Source: an uncultured delta proteobacterium
GTDB lineage: Bacteria; Desulfobacterota; Syntrophorhabdia; Syntrophorhabdales; WCHB1-27
Assembly (NCBI GenBank): GCA_963810935.1
Contig: CAWEPK010000010.1
Span: 297,208 to 361,207 of the forward strand
Length of the DNA stretch: 64,000 bases
Direction of reading: 5' to 3'
Every line of letters begins with the position of its first letter. Position 1 is the stretch's first letter. This document shows positions 39,010-48,952 of the stretch, one piece after another. The notes below the pieces were generated by a model. It was not told the origin of the DNA and did not search any database. It saw nothing but the letters and a program-made list of their open reading frames with translations. The position numbers and the translations under genes are program-made.

Positions 39010-40668
39010 CTACCAGTCAGGGAGCCGAACGGGCGATTTCGCTTCCCATGCGGGTTTCGCGTAAGCCGCCGGATCGAGCAGCTTCCCCCAATCGGTCCGT
39101 TTGGCCATCTCTTCTTTCACGTCGGGAGGGAAAAGCTCCCTGCCTTCCCTAATCTCCCATCCGCCCCCAAGCCCCCTGTAGACCGCCACCAGGTTGGACG
39201 ACAGGTTGCCCAGGGTGACGGCCAGGCTGTCCTGCTCGTTCAGAAGGGCCTGCTGCGCCAGCAATACAGCAGTGAAGTCCCGTATGCCTTCCCGGTATTG
39301 CTCCACCACCATGTCGAGGGCGGACTTTGCGGCTTCGGTCCCGGCACGCAGGTGCGCGGCCCTTTCCTGCGCCTTCAGGAAGGCAACCAGGGCGTCCTCC
39401 ACTTCCCTTTGGGCTTTGAGGACGGTGTTGCGGTACGTGATCAAAAGCTCCTCGAACCGCGCGTCCTGCGCCCTGACGTTATTTCTGATCCGGCCGTAGT
39501 TGAAGATGCTCCACTGGACCGAAGGGCCGAATTGATAATTTCGGCTCTTCCAGGCGAACATGTCGCCCAGGCTGAAGTTGTTCACGTCACTCGAAAGGAA
39601 ACCGAACATTCCCGACAGCGAAAAAGCGGGGTAAAGGTCCGCCTTTGCCACGCCTATCTGGGCGCTCTGCGCAGCCGCCTGGTATTCGGCGCTCCTGACG
39701 TCGGGCCTTCTGCGAAGCAGGTCATTCGGGATCCCGACAACTATCTCCGGCGGCGAGACGGGTATCTCCGAAGGGGCTTTCAGCTCCTGTGCGAGGTCGC
39801 CCGGCGGCAGGCCCAGAAGGACGCAAAGCCCGTTCTCGGCCTGGCGGAGTTGCGTCTCAAGGGTGGGTATCGACGCGAGGGTATCGCTCAGCGCGGTCTT
39901 TGCCTGCTCAGTATCGAGCCGTGACGCCCTGCCGTGCATGAGGCGCTCCTGTGCCACCAACAGGCTCTCCCTCTGGACCTCCACGTTTTTACGGGCGATG
40001 GCAAGCCTCTTCTCGATGGTCCTTATCATAATGTAGGAGTTTGTCACGTCGGCGGTCAGGCTCACGAGGGCGCTGTCGTAATCGGCAACCGATGCTGCGA
40101 GGCTTGCATCCGCAGACTCGATATTACGCCGGAACCTGCCCCAGAAGTCGATTTCCCAGCTTGCGTTCAGACCTACCTGATCCTGCCAGTAATTAAAAAG
40201 ACTGCTCGAAAGACTGTGCGGGATTACAGGGGATTGAAGGAGGGCACCCAGCGGGTAGCGGTCGCTCAGGCGGATGTCCTGTACCGCACCTGTTGCCTGC
40301 TGCGTCTGGGGATAGAGCCTGCCGACGGCGATGCCGAGAATGGCGCGGGCCTCCAGGACCCGGACCCCGGCGACCCGGAGAGACAGGTTGTCGCGGTATG
40401 CGCGGTCGATCAAGCCGTCCAGAAAAGGGTCGTTGAATGCCTTCCACCATTCCTTATACCGGGCAGGCCCGGTCTTGACGCGCGGATCGCCTGCGTCGAT
40501 CCAGTTCCGGGACACAGGGGCCTCAGGCTTCACGAAGTCCGGCCCGACCGCGCACCCGGAAACAAGAAACGCAGAGAGAAGCAGGGCAGCGACCGGCGCA
40601 AGCCGGACCCTCGCCTTCCTTACCGCGTCACAAGCCTTCCCGTCTTCAATGAGCCTGTTTCTTTCCAC
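39010..40668 (-). CDS. Outer-membrane efflux lipoprotein (NodT/TolC family)
   Basis: LVSGCAVGPDF lipobox, WEIDFWG, LLRRRPDV, YRGLGGGW; exact start uncertain. Confidence 0.9.
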   Translation of the reverse strand: MERNRLIEDGKACDAVRKARVRLAPVAALLLSAFLVSGCAVGPDFVKPEAPVSRNWIDAGDPRVKTGPARYKEWWKAFNDPFLDGLIDRAYRDNLSLRVAGVRVLEARAILGIAVGRLYPQTQQATGAVQDIRLSDRYPLGALLQSPVIPHSLSSSLFNYWQDQVGLNASWEIDFWGRFRRNIESADASLAASVADYDSALVSLTADVTNSYIMIRTIEKRLAIARKNVEVQRESLLVAQERLMHGRASRLDTEQAKTALSDTLASIPTLETQLRQAENGLCVLLGLPPGDLAQELKAPSEIPVSPPEIVVGIPNDLLRRRPDVRSAEYQAAAQSAQIGVAKADLYPAFSLSGMFGFLSSDVNNFSLGDMFAWKSRNYQFGPSVQWSIFNYGRIRNNVRAQDARFEELLITYRNTVLKAQREVEDALVAFLKAQERAAHLRAGTEAAKSALDMVVEQYREGIRDFTAVLLAQQALLNEQDSLAVTLGNLSSNLVAVYRGLGGGWEIREGRELFPPDVKEEMAKRTDWGKLLDPAAYAKPAWEAKSPVRLPDW

Positions 40669-41332
40669 TCATCGTCACCGTCTTCGGCAGCTTAACGCTT
40701 GCCCTTCCCTTGTCGGTCATCACGCCCCCGAGCACTATGCCCGTGACTGTGAGAAACGCTTCCCGGGGCGTAAGCCCAAGCTCCTCCAATTTCTGCGGGT
40801 TCATTATGCCCTGCACGGTCGCCGACAGTATCTCGATAATGAGGTCCGCCGGGATCTCCTTTGAAACCAGCCCGGCCTTCCGCCCTTCGTCCAGCACCTT
40901 GCCGAAATAGCGGCGCACCATCTCGTGTCGCCTGGTCTGCACGAGCCTGAACATGTCGGGTTGTTCACGTTGTATATCCCGTAGGAACGCAGGCTGGATT
41001 TCCTCCGTGTGCCGTCGAAGACAAATATAAAGTGCTTGCAGCGTAGCCGGGAAATCGGAAAAACCGGCCGCGGTAATCCGCCCTAAATCGGCGTCGACCT
41101 CACGCAGTTTTTCGAGCAGGACCGTTTCGAGCAATGCGACCTTGCCGGAGAAATGGCGGTAAAGCGTTTTTTTGCTGATGCCGAGCTCCGCGGCGAGATC
41201 GTCCATCGTTACCCCGCGAAATCCATGGGTGAGAAAATGGCGCCTCGCCTCCCCGACGATGCGGTCCCGAACAGACTCGGGCGGACGCGTAGGCCGGCTT
41301 TTTTCGCGTGATCCTGACATGTAGGCGCTCAT
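40646..41332 (-). CDS. TetR/AcrR-family regulator
   Basis: GFRGVTMDDLAAELGISKKTLYRHF. Confidence 0.92.
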   Translation of the reverse strand: MSAYMSGSREKSRPTRPPESVRDRIVGEARRHFLTHGFRGVTMDDLAAELGISKKTLYRHFSGKVALLETVLLEKLREVDADLGRITAAGFSDFPATLQALYICLRRHTEEIQPAFLRDIQREQPDMFRLVQTRRHEMVRRYFGKVLDEGRKAGLVSKEIPADLIIEILSATVQGIMNPQKLEELGLTPREAFLTVTGIVLGGVMTDKGRASVKLPKTVTMSGKKQAH

Positions 41333-41337
41333 ATACC

Positions 41338-41375
41338 CTGGAAACGATTTTAGTACTATCAGTTTCCGGAGTCAA
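41338..41375 (-). promoter_or_regulatory. Promoter/operator of the TetR-efflux operon
   Basis: Minus-strand TTGACT-N17-TAAAAT, overlapped by imperfect inverted GGAAAC...GTTTCC arms. Confidence 0.55.
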
Positions 41376-41384
41376 GGAAAAAGG

Positions 41385-41449
41385 ATGATGTGTAAAAGTT
41401 AACCTCTTCCCGGACACTTTCCGGGAAGAGGTTAACTTTTACACATCAT
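41385..41449. repeat. Perfect 30-bp inverted repeat with 5-nt loop
   Basis: ATGATGTGTAAAAGTTAACCTCTTCCCGGA-cactt-TCCGGGAAGAGGTTAACTTTTACACATCAT. Confidence 0.95.
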
Positions 41450-41452
41450 GCC

Positions 41453-41974
41453 TCAATTTGTCTGGCGGGAATATGGGGCACAGGTTTGTTCTTCTTTGAT
41501 GACTTGAGGCGGCTCGCCGGTTGCTGGTTTCATGGTTGTCACAACACTTAGCTTACCGCTATTTAAATCGAAAATATTGTGTGTCGAGATTGAACCTTCT
41601 TTAGATTCGCTCATTACGTTGCTCCATGAGATCTTATTGCCGTCAAGCTCAATTGCTGCCGTATAATTTGCTATCTGATTTATCCCAAGAAGCCCGAAAT
41701 CTTTGCCTTTGTTATTAAGTATTCGGAATGACACCGTTTTCTTAACAAAATCGAATGTATATATATTGCGCGGGGTGAGTGTATCCATTGCCGAGACCAG
41801 ATCGGCATCATTGCCCGCTATTGCCGGACCAAGAAGGTTCGCCAATTCAGATTTACACTCGTAGACTGGCGAGTCGTTCGCATAAGAAGGTGCGCATTGA
41901 GACATCAGAGCAAACCATAGCAAAGGCATAACTATTACAAGATAACGGTAGCAACGACTGTATAACGCATGCAT
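41453..41974 (-). CDS. AT-rich hypothetical exported protein
   Basis: AGAGGAGG RBS, hydrophobic N-terminus, no known motifs. Confidence 0.6.
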   Translation of the reverse strand: MHALYSRCYRYLVIVMPLLWFALMSQCAPSYANDSPVYECKSELANLLGPAIAGNDADLVSAMDTLTPRNIYTFDFVKKTVSFRILNNKGKDFGLLGINQIANYTAAIELDGNKISWSNVMSESKEGSISTHNIFDLNSGKLSVVTTMKPATGEPPQVIKEEQTCAPYSRQTN

Positions 41975-42262
41975 GGTGTATCCTCCTCTTACTCAAGGCC
42001 ATGCGATCCTATTATCCGGTGGGTCGCGTGACAGCTTTTGCGCTCCTGAGTTTCCTCCTTTATGGGAGGACCCCAATTTGTTGTGCTCCTATTCGACCAT
42101 GGCCGTTTTCATGTTGTCAAACAAAAAGCGCGCGGGTAAAACTATCACGTCCGGCGGATTGTGGGCCTTGAACCGTTCGAGGATAATGGTTGCAGCTTGA
42201 ACCATGCGGGAACTATCATTATGATAGGGCTTCGGGAATCAATCAAGAAGGAGGACTCAGTC

Positions 42263-42457
42263 ATGCAGGTGAAAGTGTTCTCGAGTAAAGGTGATGCCCC
42301 AGTACTGGAAACTGAGATTAATGCGTGGCTTAAGAAGAATGAAAACGTTCAGGTAAGCCACGTAAAACAAAGCTACGCTTCTGACGGTCAGGGCGTTTTC
42401 TACATACTTATGTCGGTCTGGTATACAGTAACTTTACCTGAATCGTCTCCTATCTGA
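42263..42457 (+). CDS. Small hypothetical protein
   Basis: AAGGAGG RBS; MQVKVF..LETEINAWL..VKQS..SVWY. Confidence 0.55.
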   Translation: MQVKVFSSKGDAPVLETEINAWLKKNENVQVSHVKQSYASDGQGVFYILMSVWYTVTLPESSPI

Positions 42458-42566
42458 TCGCGCCATCATAGGTACAGTCATTCCGACCGAGAAAAAGGGC
42501 GTGGCGAGGGTCTGACGGCTCTGCGGAACCTGTCTGAGGTTAGATTCTCTTCTTTGCCCTGAGCAT

Positions 42567-42803
42567 CTAAAGACGGCTGAGTCTTCCCCCGATGAATTGA
42601 CCCACAAAAAACGACCCTGCAAACAACGGGAATGTTACAGGCTGCCAGCCAACACCGGGCAGCAAGCGTAGGGCTATGATTAAGGGCACCGGAAGGTGGA
42701 CGGCGAGGAACCATTGGCCGGACAGTCTCCGCGTGCGTGACCGCCAGTAACCGAAGGGGAGGTTAAGCAGGATAACAACTCCTGCGAGGAGAGCAAGATT
42801 CAT
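42567..42803 (-). CDS. Small hypothetical membrane protein
   Basis: LNLPFGYWR, WFLAVHLPVPLIIALR, FFVGQFIGG. Confidence 0.6.
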   Translation of the reverse strand: MNLALLAGVVILLNLPFGYWRSRTRRLSGQWFLAVHLPVPLIIALRLLPGVGWQPVTFPLFAGSFFVGQFIGGRLSRL

Positions 42804-42986
42804 GAAGAGGTATTGTAAGTATACTACATCGGCATGCATAAATCAGAGGTCGTTTTCTGCGAATAGGTGAACTTATGCCCATGCGCATCATACCGATCCG
42901 ATATGAGGGGCGTGGCAAGGTGCTGGGCGGCTGTGGAGAGTCCCTTTGCGGGGCTTCTAACTATGTTCTTCTCTTCTGAAACTGGC

Positions 42987-43475
42987 TTACGCCTTCCTTA
43001 AATACGAGATCAGCCCAATGCAGTCCTTCGCTCCAAGGCGACCGATTGCCATTGTTGCATAGACGGCGTTTGCTATCTTACCATTCGGATCGATAACAAA
43101 ACCGCTCGGCTGGAGGTATCCCTTCTCGCCTTCGTAAAACACGCCGGTCTTCGATGATATCTCCTTCGCATTAAGCCCGTATGCCAGAGGGAAGGAAATC
43201 TTGAGTTCGTCTGCCATCTTGCGTGTGTCTCCAAGGCTGTCTACAGACCCGGCTAACAGTCCTATATCCATCTTCCGAAGCTCGTCGGCGGCGTTCGTGA
43301 AGTCAACTAACTGTTGACGGCAGATCGGTCACCAGTAACCGCGATAAACGAGCAGAATGCGCCAGCGTCCACCCATGTCTTCAGGAAACACTATCCTTTC
43401 CCCGTCGATCACATTGAACTCAAGGCTGGGAAACTTGTCCTCCGTATCCAACAGCCTTACTGCTTCCCGCGCCAT
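42987..43475 (-). CDS. Selenocysteine-containing peroxiredoxin-like (AhpC/TSA, thioredoxin-fold) protein, 162 aa
   Basis: AGGAGG RBS and ATG at 43475. Reads MAREAVRLLDTEDKFP...LLVYRGYW-UGA(43331-43329)-PICRQQL in frame into the 94-aa ORF; selA is in the window. Confidence 0.85.
43302..43318 (-). promoter_or_regulatory. Candidate bacterial SECIS hairpin
   Basis: GUCAAC-AGUUA-GUUGAC stem-loop beginning at nt +11 after the UGA. Confidence 0.7.
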
Positions 43476-43612
43476 ACCGCACCTCCTGACATCATTTGGC
43501 CTTCCAATCTCTGTTCTAATTTAAGCCCCCGGATGTCTGTTGTCTAAAAGAGTCTCCTCGTGCTCGGTTATTTGAGGAAGGGTTAACGGAAACAAAATGC
43601 TGTCTTATCTAC

Positions 43613-44113
43613 TTACCTCTCCCACTCATAGAACTCGGTCGCCTTGGATTCAAGTTCTCTCCTTGCCGTCATCTTCTTCACGTCTAGAACGATTGCCCTT
43701 GCTTCAAGGAAAGATGATTCGGATGGCTCAAAGTTATCCTTGCCGTAGTACTTCATGAATTTGATGAATACGTCCCGAAACTCCTTCGGGTCTTCAATGT
43801 ACCTTGCCGTGCCGTATGCGATGACGCTCTCCCATTTGCCGTGACAATTCTGCCTGTCTTTGAAATCTTCCGGAGACCCGTAGTACTTCATGATCGTATA
43901 GACAACGGATGGGTTCCTTTTTATGTAATCAGCCTTCTTTCCGCCGAGGCCGCAGTGAAAGTAGAACTTCCCGTTCTCGTAGGCGTGATTCAGCGGTATG
44001 GCATAGGGTTCGCTTTCGTGACTGAAGGAGAGGATGCCGTGGTATGTCCCTTTGATGATAGCTTCGCACTCTGCATTGTTTCGTTCCGGAGGTCTGATCC
44101 TGAACTTCGCCAT
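43613..44113 (-). CDS. Pyridoxamine 5'-phosphate oxidase-like (NimA-family) flavin-binding protein
   Basis: EPYAIPLNHAY, FYFHCGLGGKK, WESVIAYG. Confidence 0.85.
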   Translation of the reverse strand: MAKFRIRPPERNNAECEAIIKGTYHGILSFSHESEPYAIPLNHAYENGKFYFHCGLGGKKADYIKRNPSVVYTIMKYYGSPEDFKDRQNCHGKWESVIAYGTARYIEDPKEFRDVFIKFMKYYGKDNFEPSESSFLEARAIVLDVKKMTARRELESKATEFYEWER

Positions 44114-44210
44114 AGGTTCTCCTCGTCTAACGGTGTCCTTAGGTTCCTTCCAGTCCTTGCCTTCCTCATGTGAAGGAAAAGACTGGAGAGAAGTCTACCA
44201 CGACGGCGGT

Positions 44211-44241
44211 AAATAGTGCGAAAAGGGCTTTCGCACTATTT
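44211..44241. terminator. Stem-loop terminator downstream of tmRNA
   Basis: AAATAGTGCGAAA-agggc-TTTCGCACTATTT. Confidence 0.7.
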
Positions 44242-44275
44242 TGACCTCTGTAACCTATTAAACTTACAAAGTAAA

Positions 44276-44626
44276 TGGTGGAGGCGGCGGGAATCGAACC
44301 CGCGTCCAGAGAACAAGAACCTAAGGAGCCTACATGCTTAGTCGGTGTTTTAAATCTCGGAATCGAGGACACCCACCGACCGGTTTCCTCTCTTCCCAGC
44401 CTGTAAAGTTTCGCCTTTCTTCACAGGTATCGCGAAAGGCTATCCCACTTGCATTACACCCGGTTGGACTAAGAAGCGGGAGGAAAGTCCAGCGAATGTG
44501 GCCGGTCTAAGCGGCCAGTGCGTAGTCTGTTTCTGCGTTTGTGTTTAGTTTCCACCTGATAACGGGCAGATAGAACCCCGGCATGCCTCCTTGACCCTTC
44601 TTTCCCTGTCGAGACCATTCGCCCCC
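44276..44626 (-). ncRNA. ssrA: tmRNA, tag peptide (A)AETDYALAA
   Basis: 5' GGGGGCGAATGGTCTCGAC; 3' GGTTCGATTCCCGCCGCCTCCACCA; tag frame GCAGAAACAGACTACGCACTGGCCGCTTAG at 44536-44507; adjacent to smpB. Confidence 0.96.
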
Positions 44627-44628
44627 AT

Positions 44629-45075
44629 TTATCTGAGACGTCCTTCACGGTCGTTGATGCGCTTCTCGTCTTTAGCCTTTATGTCATGGCGCTTATCGAT
44701 GTTGGTCTTTCCTTTCGCCAGGCCTATCTCAAGCTTCACCTTGTTCCTGTCGTTGAAATACATCGAAAGCGGGATGAGCGTATAGCCCCTTTCCTTGACC
44801 TTGCCATAAAGGCGTCTCAACTCGTAGCGGTGCATCAGCAGCTTCCTGTCGCGCTTCGGCTCGTGGTTATATATATTGCCGCACGAATACGGGCTGATAT
44901 GCGCGTTCACCAGGAAAAGCTCCCCGCCCTTCACCCGCGCGAAGGCATCGTTCAGGTTCGCCTTGCCTTCCCTTAGGGCCTTCACCTCGGTCCCTGTCAG
45001 GGCAACGCCCGCCTCGAACTTATCCTCCACGCTGAAGTTATGGTAAGCCTTTCTGTTAGTGCTGATTGTCTTCAC
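44629..45075 (-). CDS. smpB: SsrA-binding protein
   Basis: NRKAYHNF, EAGVALTGTEVKALR, RKLLMHR, GLAKGK; start is GTG 45075 or ATG 45081. Confidence 0.96.
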   Translation of the reverse strand: MKTISTNRKAYHNFSVEDKFEAGVALTGTEVKALREGKANLNDAFARVKGGELFLVNAHISPYSCGNIYNHEPKRDRKLLMHRYELRRLYGKVKERGYTLIPLSMYFNDRNKVKLEIGLAKGKTNIDKRHDIKAKDEKRINDREGRLR

Positions 45076-45148
45076 GACCATATTATAACACATCGGGGGA
45101 CTAAATGAGGGGTTGCGGCACGAAAGGCCGGGGACACAGGAAACCCTT

Positions 45149-47350
45149 TCACGCCCGGAAAACGGGGATCTCGATGACCATCCGGGTCCCTCTGGGATGG
45201 TTGTCCTGCGCGTTGATCCTGCCCCCCAGCTCCATGATGATCGAGTTGACGATGGCTAACCCTAAGCCCATGCCGTCATGGTTTTTTGTGAAATATGGGT
45301 CGAAAACGCGTGATTTGTCCTCGTCTTTTATGCCCGGACCCGTATCGGACAGCTCTATGCGCACGATGCTTTTGGCCTTGTCGTACCGGGTGCCTGCGCT
45401 GATCGTCCCGGCGTCCGTGCCTATCGCCTTTATCGAGTTCGTCACCAGGTTGATGAGCGCCCTCTTCATCTTGTCCCTGTCCATCCTGACGGGCGGCACC
45501 CAGTCTCCCTCGAAAAGGAACTCTATGGCCGGAAAAAGGCTCCGGTAGATGGACAGCGTCTCCTCGACCACCGCGTTCAGGTCTTCCATCACGAGGCTCG
45601 ACGTATTGGCCGCCGTAAGCTTCGTGAGCTCGTTGACCATGGCGGTTATGTCGTTCGACGAGCTGAGGATGACCGACGTGGTCTCGTCGAGCACCTCCCT
45701 CTCCTTGCCCTGCGCGCTGGGCAGCACGCGCCGCCTGAGCCTCTCGGCAGAGAGCTTTATGGGCGTGAGGGGGTTCTTTATCTCGTGGGTAAGCCTCTTT
45801 GCTATCTCCCGCCACGTAGCCAGCTTTTCCGCGCGCACGATATGGGTGATATCGTCGAACGTGACGATGTAGCCTTCCGCCTTGCCCGCCTCGTTGCGCA
45901 GCGTAGTCAGAGAGGCGCGCAGGTGGAGGTTGTCGTTATGGACGGAAAGCCTCATCTCCGTGGAAAGCGCCTCGCCTTCCTGCCGTATGCCCCGGAGGAA
46001 CGCCTTCACGATCTGCCTGAACTCCCTGCCCGCAAAGCGCCTTATGTGGCTGTAAAGCCAGTCGTCTTCCCCGACCCTCAGGATGTTCTTGGCCGCCCGG
46101 TTCATGAGGAGCATGCGGCCTCTTACGTCCGTCGTTATGATGCCCGTTGCCACGTTGTCGAGGATGACCTCCATGTATTTCGTCTTTTCCTCGATCTCGT
46201 CCTTAGCGATCTTCAGCTCCCTGGCCATCCTGTTGAAAGCGGAGACGAGCGTTCCTATCTCGTCCTTGCCCCTTTCCTCTTCCAGGTTGATGTCGAACCT
46301 TCCGCCCGCTATTATAGCGGCCCCTTCCTTCATCCTCTCCAGCGGGACCGTTATCTCCGTGGCCATCTTGATGCCTATCCAGATGGAGAGAAAGATGGAT
46401 AATATAGTGATGAGGAAAAGGGGGATCACGAAGCTGTATTTGAGGATCTTCTTGAAGGGCCTCGCATCCTTGAATTCTCTGAAAGTGGACGATATCTGCC
46501 TGACGCTCTGCTGGCCCCGCACCCCTATCTTCTCACCGAGAAACAGCAGCGCTCTCGGCCGGCCCGAATCGTCCGGTATGGCAGTGAGGAAAAGGAGCAG
46601 CTCGCCGTCCCCCAGAGGGACTATCTGTCTCGAATCCTGGCTCTTCCTTAGCGCCTTCGACTTCTCGATAAGGAGCTTGCTCATCCGCTCGTCGAGGCCG
46701 CTGTAGCTGCTGATCGGCTGACCTGAAAGGTCGAGCAGCGCGAGGTAGCCCAAGAAATTAGCTTTTCCCTCCCTCCCGATGAACGATTTGAGCGCCCGGC
46801 TGTCGTCGAGCAAGTCCTTCTCTCTTATCTCACGGGCGAGCACCTTCCCCATGCGCTCGTACCTGCCGAACAGGTCTTCATAATAGAACTGCGAGAGGTC
46901 GCGGGCGGTTTCCAGGGTGTTTTCCACTTTCTGGCTGAACCACTTGTCCATGCTCGTATAGAAAAAACCGGTAGTCAGGATGAAGAGCATGAAGGATGAG
47001 ATCATGGAAGTGGAGAAGACCGTCAAGGTGAGCTTTGTCTTCAGCCCGGAGCCCCAGATGCCCCTTTTCTTTTCGATGTATGTCTTGAGCAGTATGCGGC
47101 TCGCTATGAAGATGAGCAGCATGATCAAAAGGAAGTTCAGGTTGAGGATAGCGATAAGGAGCTTGTTGTCGAGGACGGGCATGAACTTCTGGAAGAATGG
47201 CAGGTTGGTTTCCAGGTAGACGAGGATAAGGCAGGCCGCTATGCACGCCAGGCCGTATGCGATGTTCGCGCGGTGCTTCCACGCGAACCTCTTCTCGCCG
47301 GTCGGTTCCGTCGTTTTTCCCTGTCCGCCGGGCTTTTCCGCCTCTGTCAT
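45149..47350 (-). CDS. NtrY-like HAMP/PAS sensor histidine kinase
   Basis: GLKTKL..F, HAMP DEIGTLVSAFNRM, PAS, WREIAKRLTHEIKNPLTPI. Confidence 0.9.
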   Translation of the reverse strand: MTEAEKPGGQGKTTEPTGEKRFAWKHRANIAYGLACIAACLILVYLETNLPFFQKFMPVLDNKLLIAILNLNFLLIMLLIFIASRILLKTYIEKKRGIWGSGLKTKLTLTVFSTSMISSFMLFILTTGFFYTSMDKWFSQKVENTLETARDLSQFYYEDLFGRYERMGKVLAREIREKDLLDDSRALKSFIGREGKANFLGYLALLDLSGQPISSYSGLDERMSKLLIEKSKALRKSQDSRQIVPLGDGELLLFLTAIPDDSGRPRALLFLGEKIGVRGQQSVRQISSTFREFKDARPFKKILKYSFVIPLFLITILSIFLSIWIGIKMATEITVPLERMKEGAAIIAGGRFDINLEEERGKDEIGTLVSAFNRMARELKIAKDEIEEKTKYMEVILDNVATGIITTDVRGRMLLMNRAAKNILRVGEDDWLYSHIRRFAGREFRQIVKAFLRGIRQEGEALSTEMRLSVHNDNLHLRASLTTLRNEAGKAEGYIVTFDDITHIVRAEKLATWREIAKRLTHEIKNPLTPIKLSAERLRRRVLPSAQGKEREVLDETTSVILSSSNDITAMVNELTKLTAANTSSLVMEDLNAVVEETLSIYRSLFPAIEFLFEGDWVPPVRMDRDKMKRALINLVTNSIKAIGTDAGTISAGTRYDKAKSIVRIELSDTGPGIKDEDKSRVFDPYFTKNHDGMGLGLAIVNSIIMELGGRINAQDNHPRGTRMVIEIPVFRA

Positions 47351-48066
47351 GCTCCCGTCTCCTTCACCATGGCAAAGTTTACCATCCTGCCCGGCCGCCC
47401 GTCACGCCGCGCCGAGAAAAAGAGGTCCGCCCTGCAAGACGTACAGATGTCCACGTCGTCGATGCGGCCGACGCCGACGCTTGCCAGGGTCTCGCGGTTC
47501 GCCTGCCTCAAGTCGAGGGATGTCGCGCCTTCCCTCTCCCCGAAGATGCTGTCGCCGAACCCCGCCTCATGAAAGGCGGCGGCTACGTCGCTTCCGATAT
47601 TATAGCAGCATCGGCCGATGCCGGGCCCTATAATAGCGCCGAGCTGCCCGGCAGCGTGCCCCCGGCCGGCAAGCGCCCCCACTGCCCTGCTGACGATGCG
47701 CGCCGCTGTCCCGCGCCAGCCCGCGTGTACGATGGCGCAGGCCGAGCCGTCTTGTGCATAGAGGATTACCGGCAGGCAGTCGGCCGTCTTTATGACCCCT
47801 ATGACCCCCGGCTCGAAAAGGACAAGGCCGTCTCCCACGGCCGGCCTCATTCCCGCTTCTATTACATGGACGTCCGCGCCGTGCACCTGGTTGAGGACGA
47901 CCATCTCTTTTGCGCCAAGGGCGGCAATGAATGCGTCCCTCCGGGCGGCGTCGGCCAGTATGGCCTCCGACGGGCGCGTCATGAAACCCGCCGCAATCCC
48001 CGCCTCATCCAGGGCGGCGAAACCGAAGTAAGGGAAACCGGTTATCTCTCGAAGCTCATACTGCAT
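47347..48066 (-). CDS. pgeF: YfiH/PgeF-family polyphenol oxidase-like protein
   Basis: NQVHG, TADCLPV, HAGWRG, GPGIGRCCY, CTSC..FFSARR. Confidence 0.9.
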   Translation of the reverse strand: MQYELREITGFPYFGFAALDEAGIAAGFMTRPSEAILADAARRDAFIAALGAKEMVVLNQVHGADVHVIEAGMRPAVGDGLVLFEPGVIGVIKTADCLPVILYAQDGSACAIVHAGWRGTAARIVSRAVGALAGRGHAAGQLGAIIGPGIGRCCYNIGSDVAAAFHEAGFGDSIFGEREGATSLDLRQANRETLASVGVGRIDDVDICTSCRADLFFSARRDGRPGRMVNFAMVKETGA

Positions 48067-48952
48067 GTTCCCTCACGAACGTCTCCACGTCGGGCGCCAC
48101 CGGCGCCTCCACCGTTACGCGGCTGCCGCTTGCCGGGTGGTCGAAGCTTATGCGGTAGGCGTGGAGCAGCGGCCTGTCAGCCAGGCTTTTCGCCCGCTTC
48201 CCGTAAAGCTCGTCGCCTACTATCGGATGTCCCAGGCGCGTCATGTGGACGCGTATCTGGTGCGTCCTGCCTGTCTTCGGATAGACCTCGACATAAGTGA
48301 AGCCTTTCAGCCTTTCAAGCACTTTGTATCGCGAAAAGGAGTACCTTCCGCCCTTCGTCACGAGATCCATCCGCTTCCTGTCCGTCGGGTGCCTGCCGAT
48401 CTGCCCTTCCACTACCCCTTCATGGGCGCTCACGGCCCCTTCGACAACCGCCCGGTAGGTCTTTTCCACTATCCTGTCGTGGAACTGACGGGAAAGCGCC
48501 TCCTGCGTCCGGGCGTCCTTCGCCACGATTATGACGCCCGTCGTGCCCCTGTCGAGCCTGTGGACGATGCCCGGCCTTTCATCGCCGCTGCCTACGTCTT
48601 TGAGGTAGCTGAGTATGGCATTGACGAGCGTCCCCCTTGCGTGGCCCAGGGAGGGGTGGACGACCATATCTTTCGGCTTGTCGATCACGAGAAGGTAATC
48701 GTCTTCGTAAAGGATGCTGACGGGGATGTCTTCGGCAACGAGCAGGACAGGCCCTTCCGCGACTATCTCGCCTTCGATCTCTACGTCCCGGCGTACCTTG
48801 AAGGACGATTTGGGTACCTTGTCCCCCACCCTTACGTGACCTTCTTCGATGAGCCTTTTGACCTTCGACCTCGGCAGGGAAAGCCTCTCCGAGAGATAAA
48901 CGTCGATCCTTACATTGTCAGCGTCCGCCCGGAGGCGGAACTTATCTTCCAT
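48056..48952 (-). CDS. rluD: RluA/RluD-family 23S rRNA pseudouridine synthase
   Basis: S4 domain, RPGIVHRLDRGTTG, TGRTHQIRVH, PIVGD. Confidence 0.9.
   Translation of the reverse strand: MEDKFRLRADADNVRIDVYLSERLSLPRSKVKRLIEEGHVRVGDKVPKSSFKVRRDVEIEGEIVAEGPVLLVAEDIPVSILYEDDYLLVIDKPKDMVVHPSLGHARGTLVNAILSYLKDVGSGDERPGIVHRLDRGTTGVIIVAKDARTQEALSRQFHDRIVEKTYRAVVEGAVSAHEGVVEGQIGRHPTDRKRMDLVTKGGRYSFSRYKVLERLKGFTYVEVYPKTGRTHQIRVHMTRLGHPIVGDELYGKRAKSLADRPLLHAYRISFDHPASGSRVTVEAPVAPDVETFVREHAV

Noticed and set aside
44276..44310. tRNA gene or prophage attachment site
   Set aside because: The tRNA-like arm is the tmRNA 3' end; no integrase or second att copy was seen in the window.
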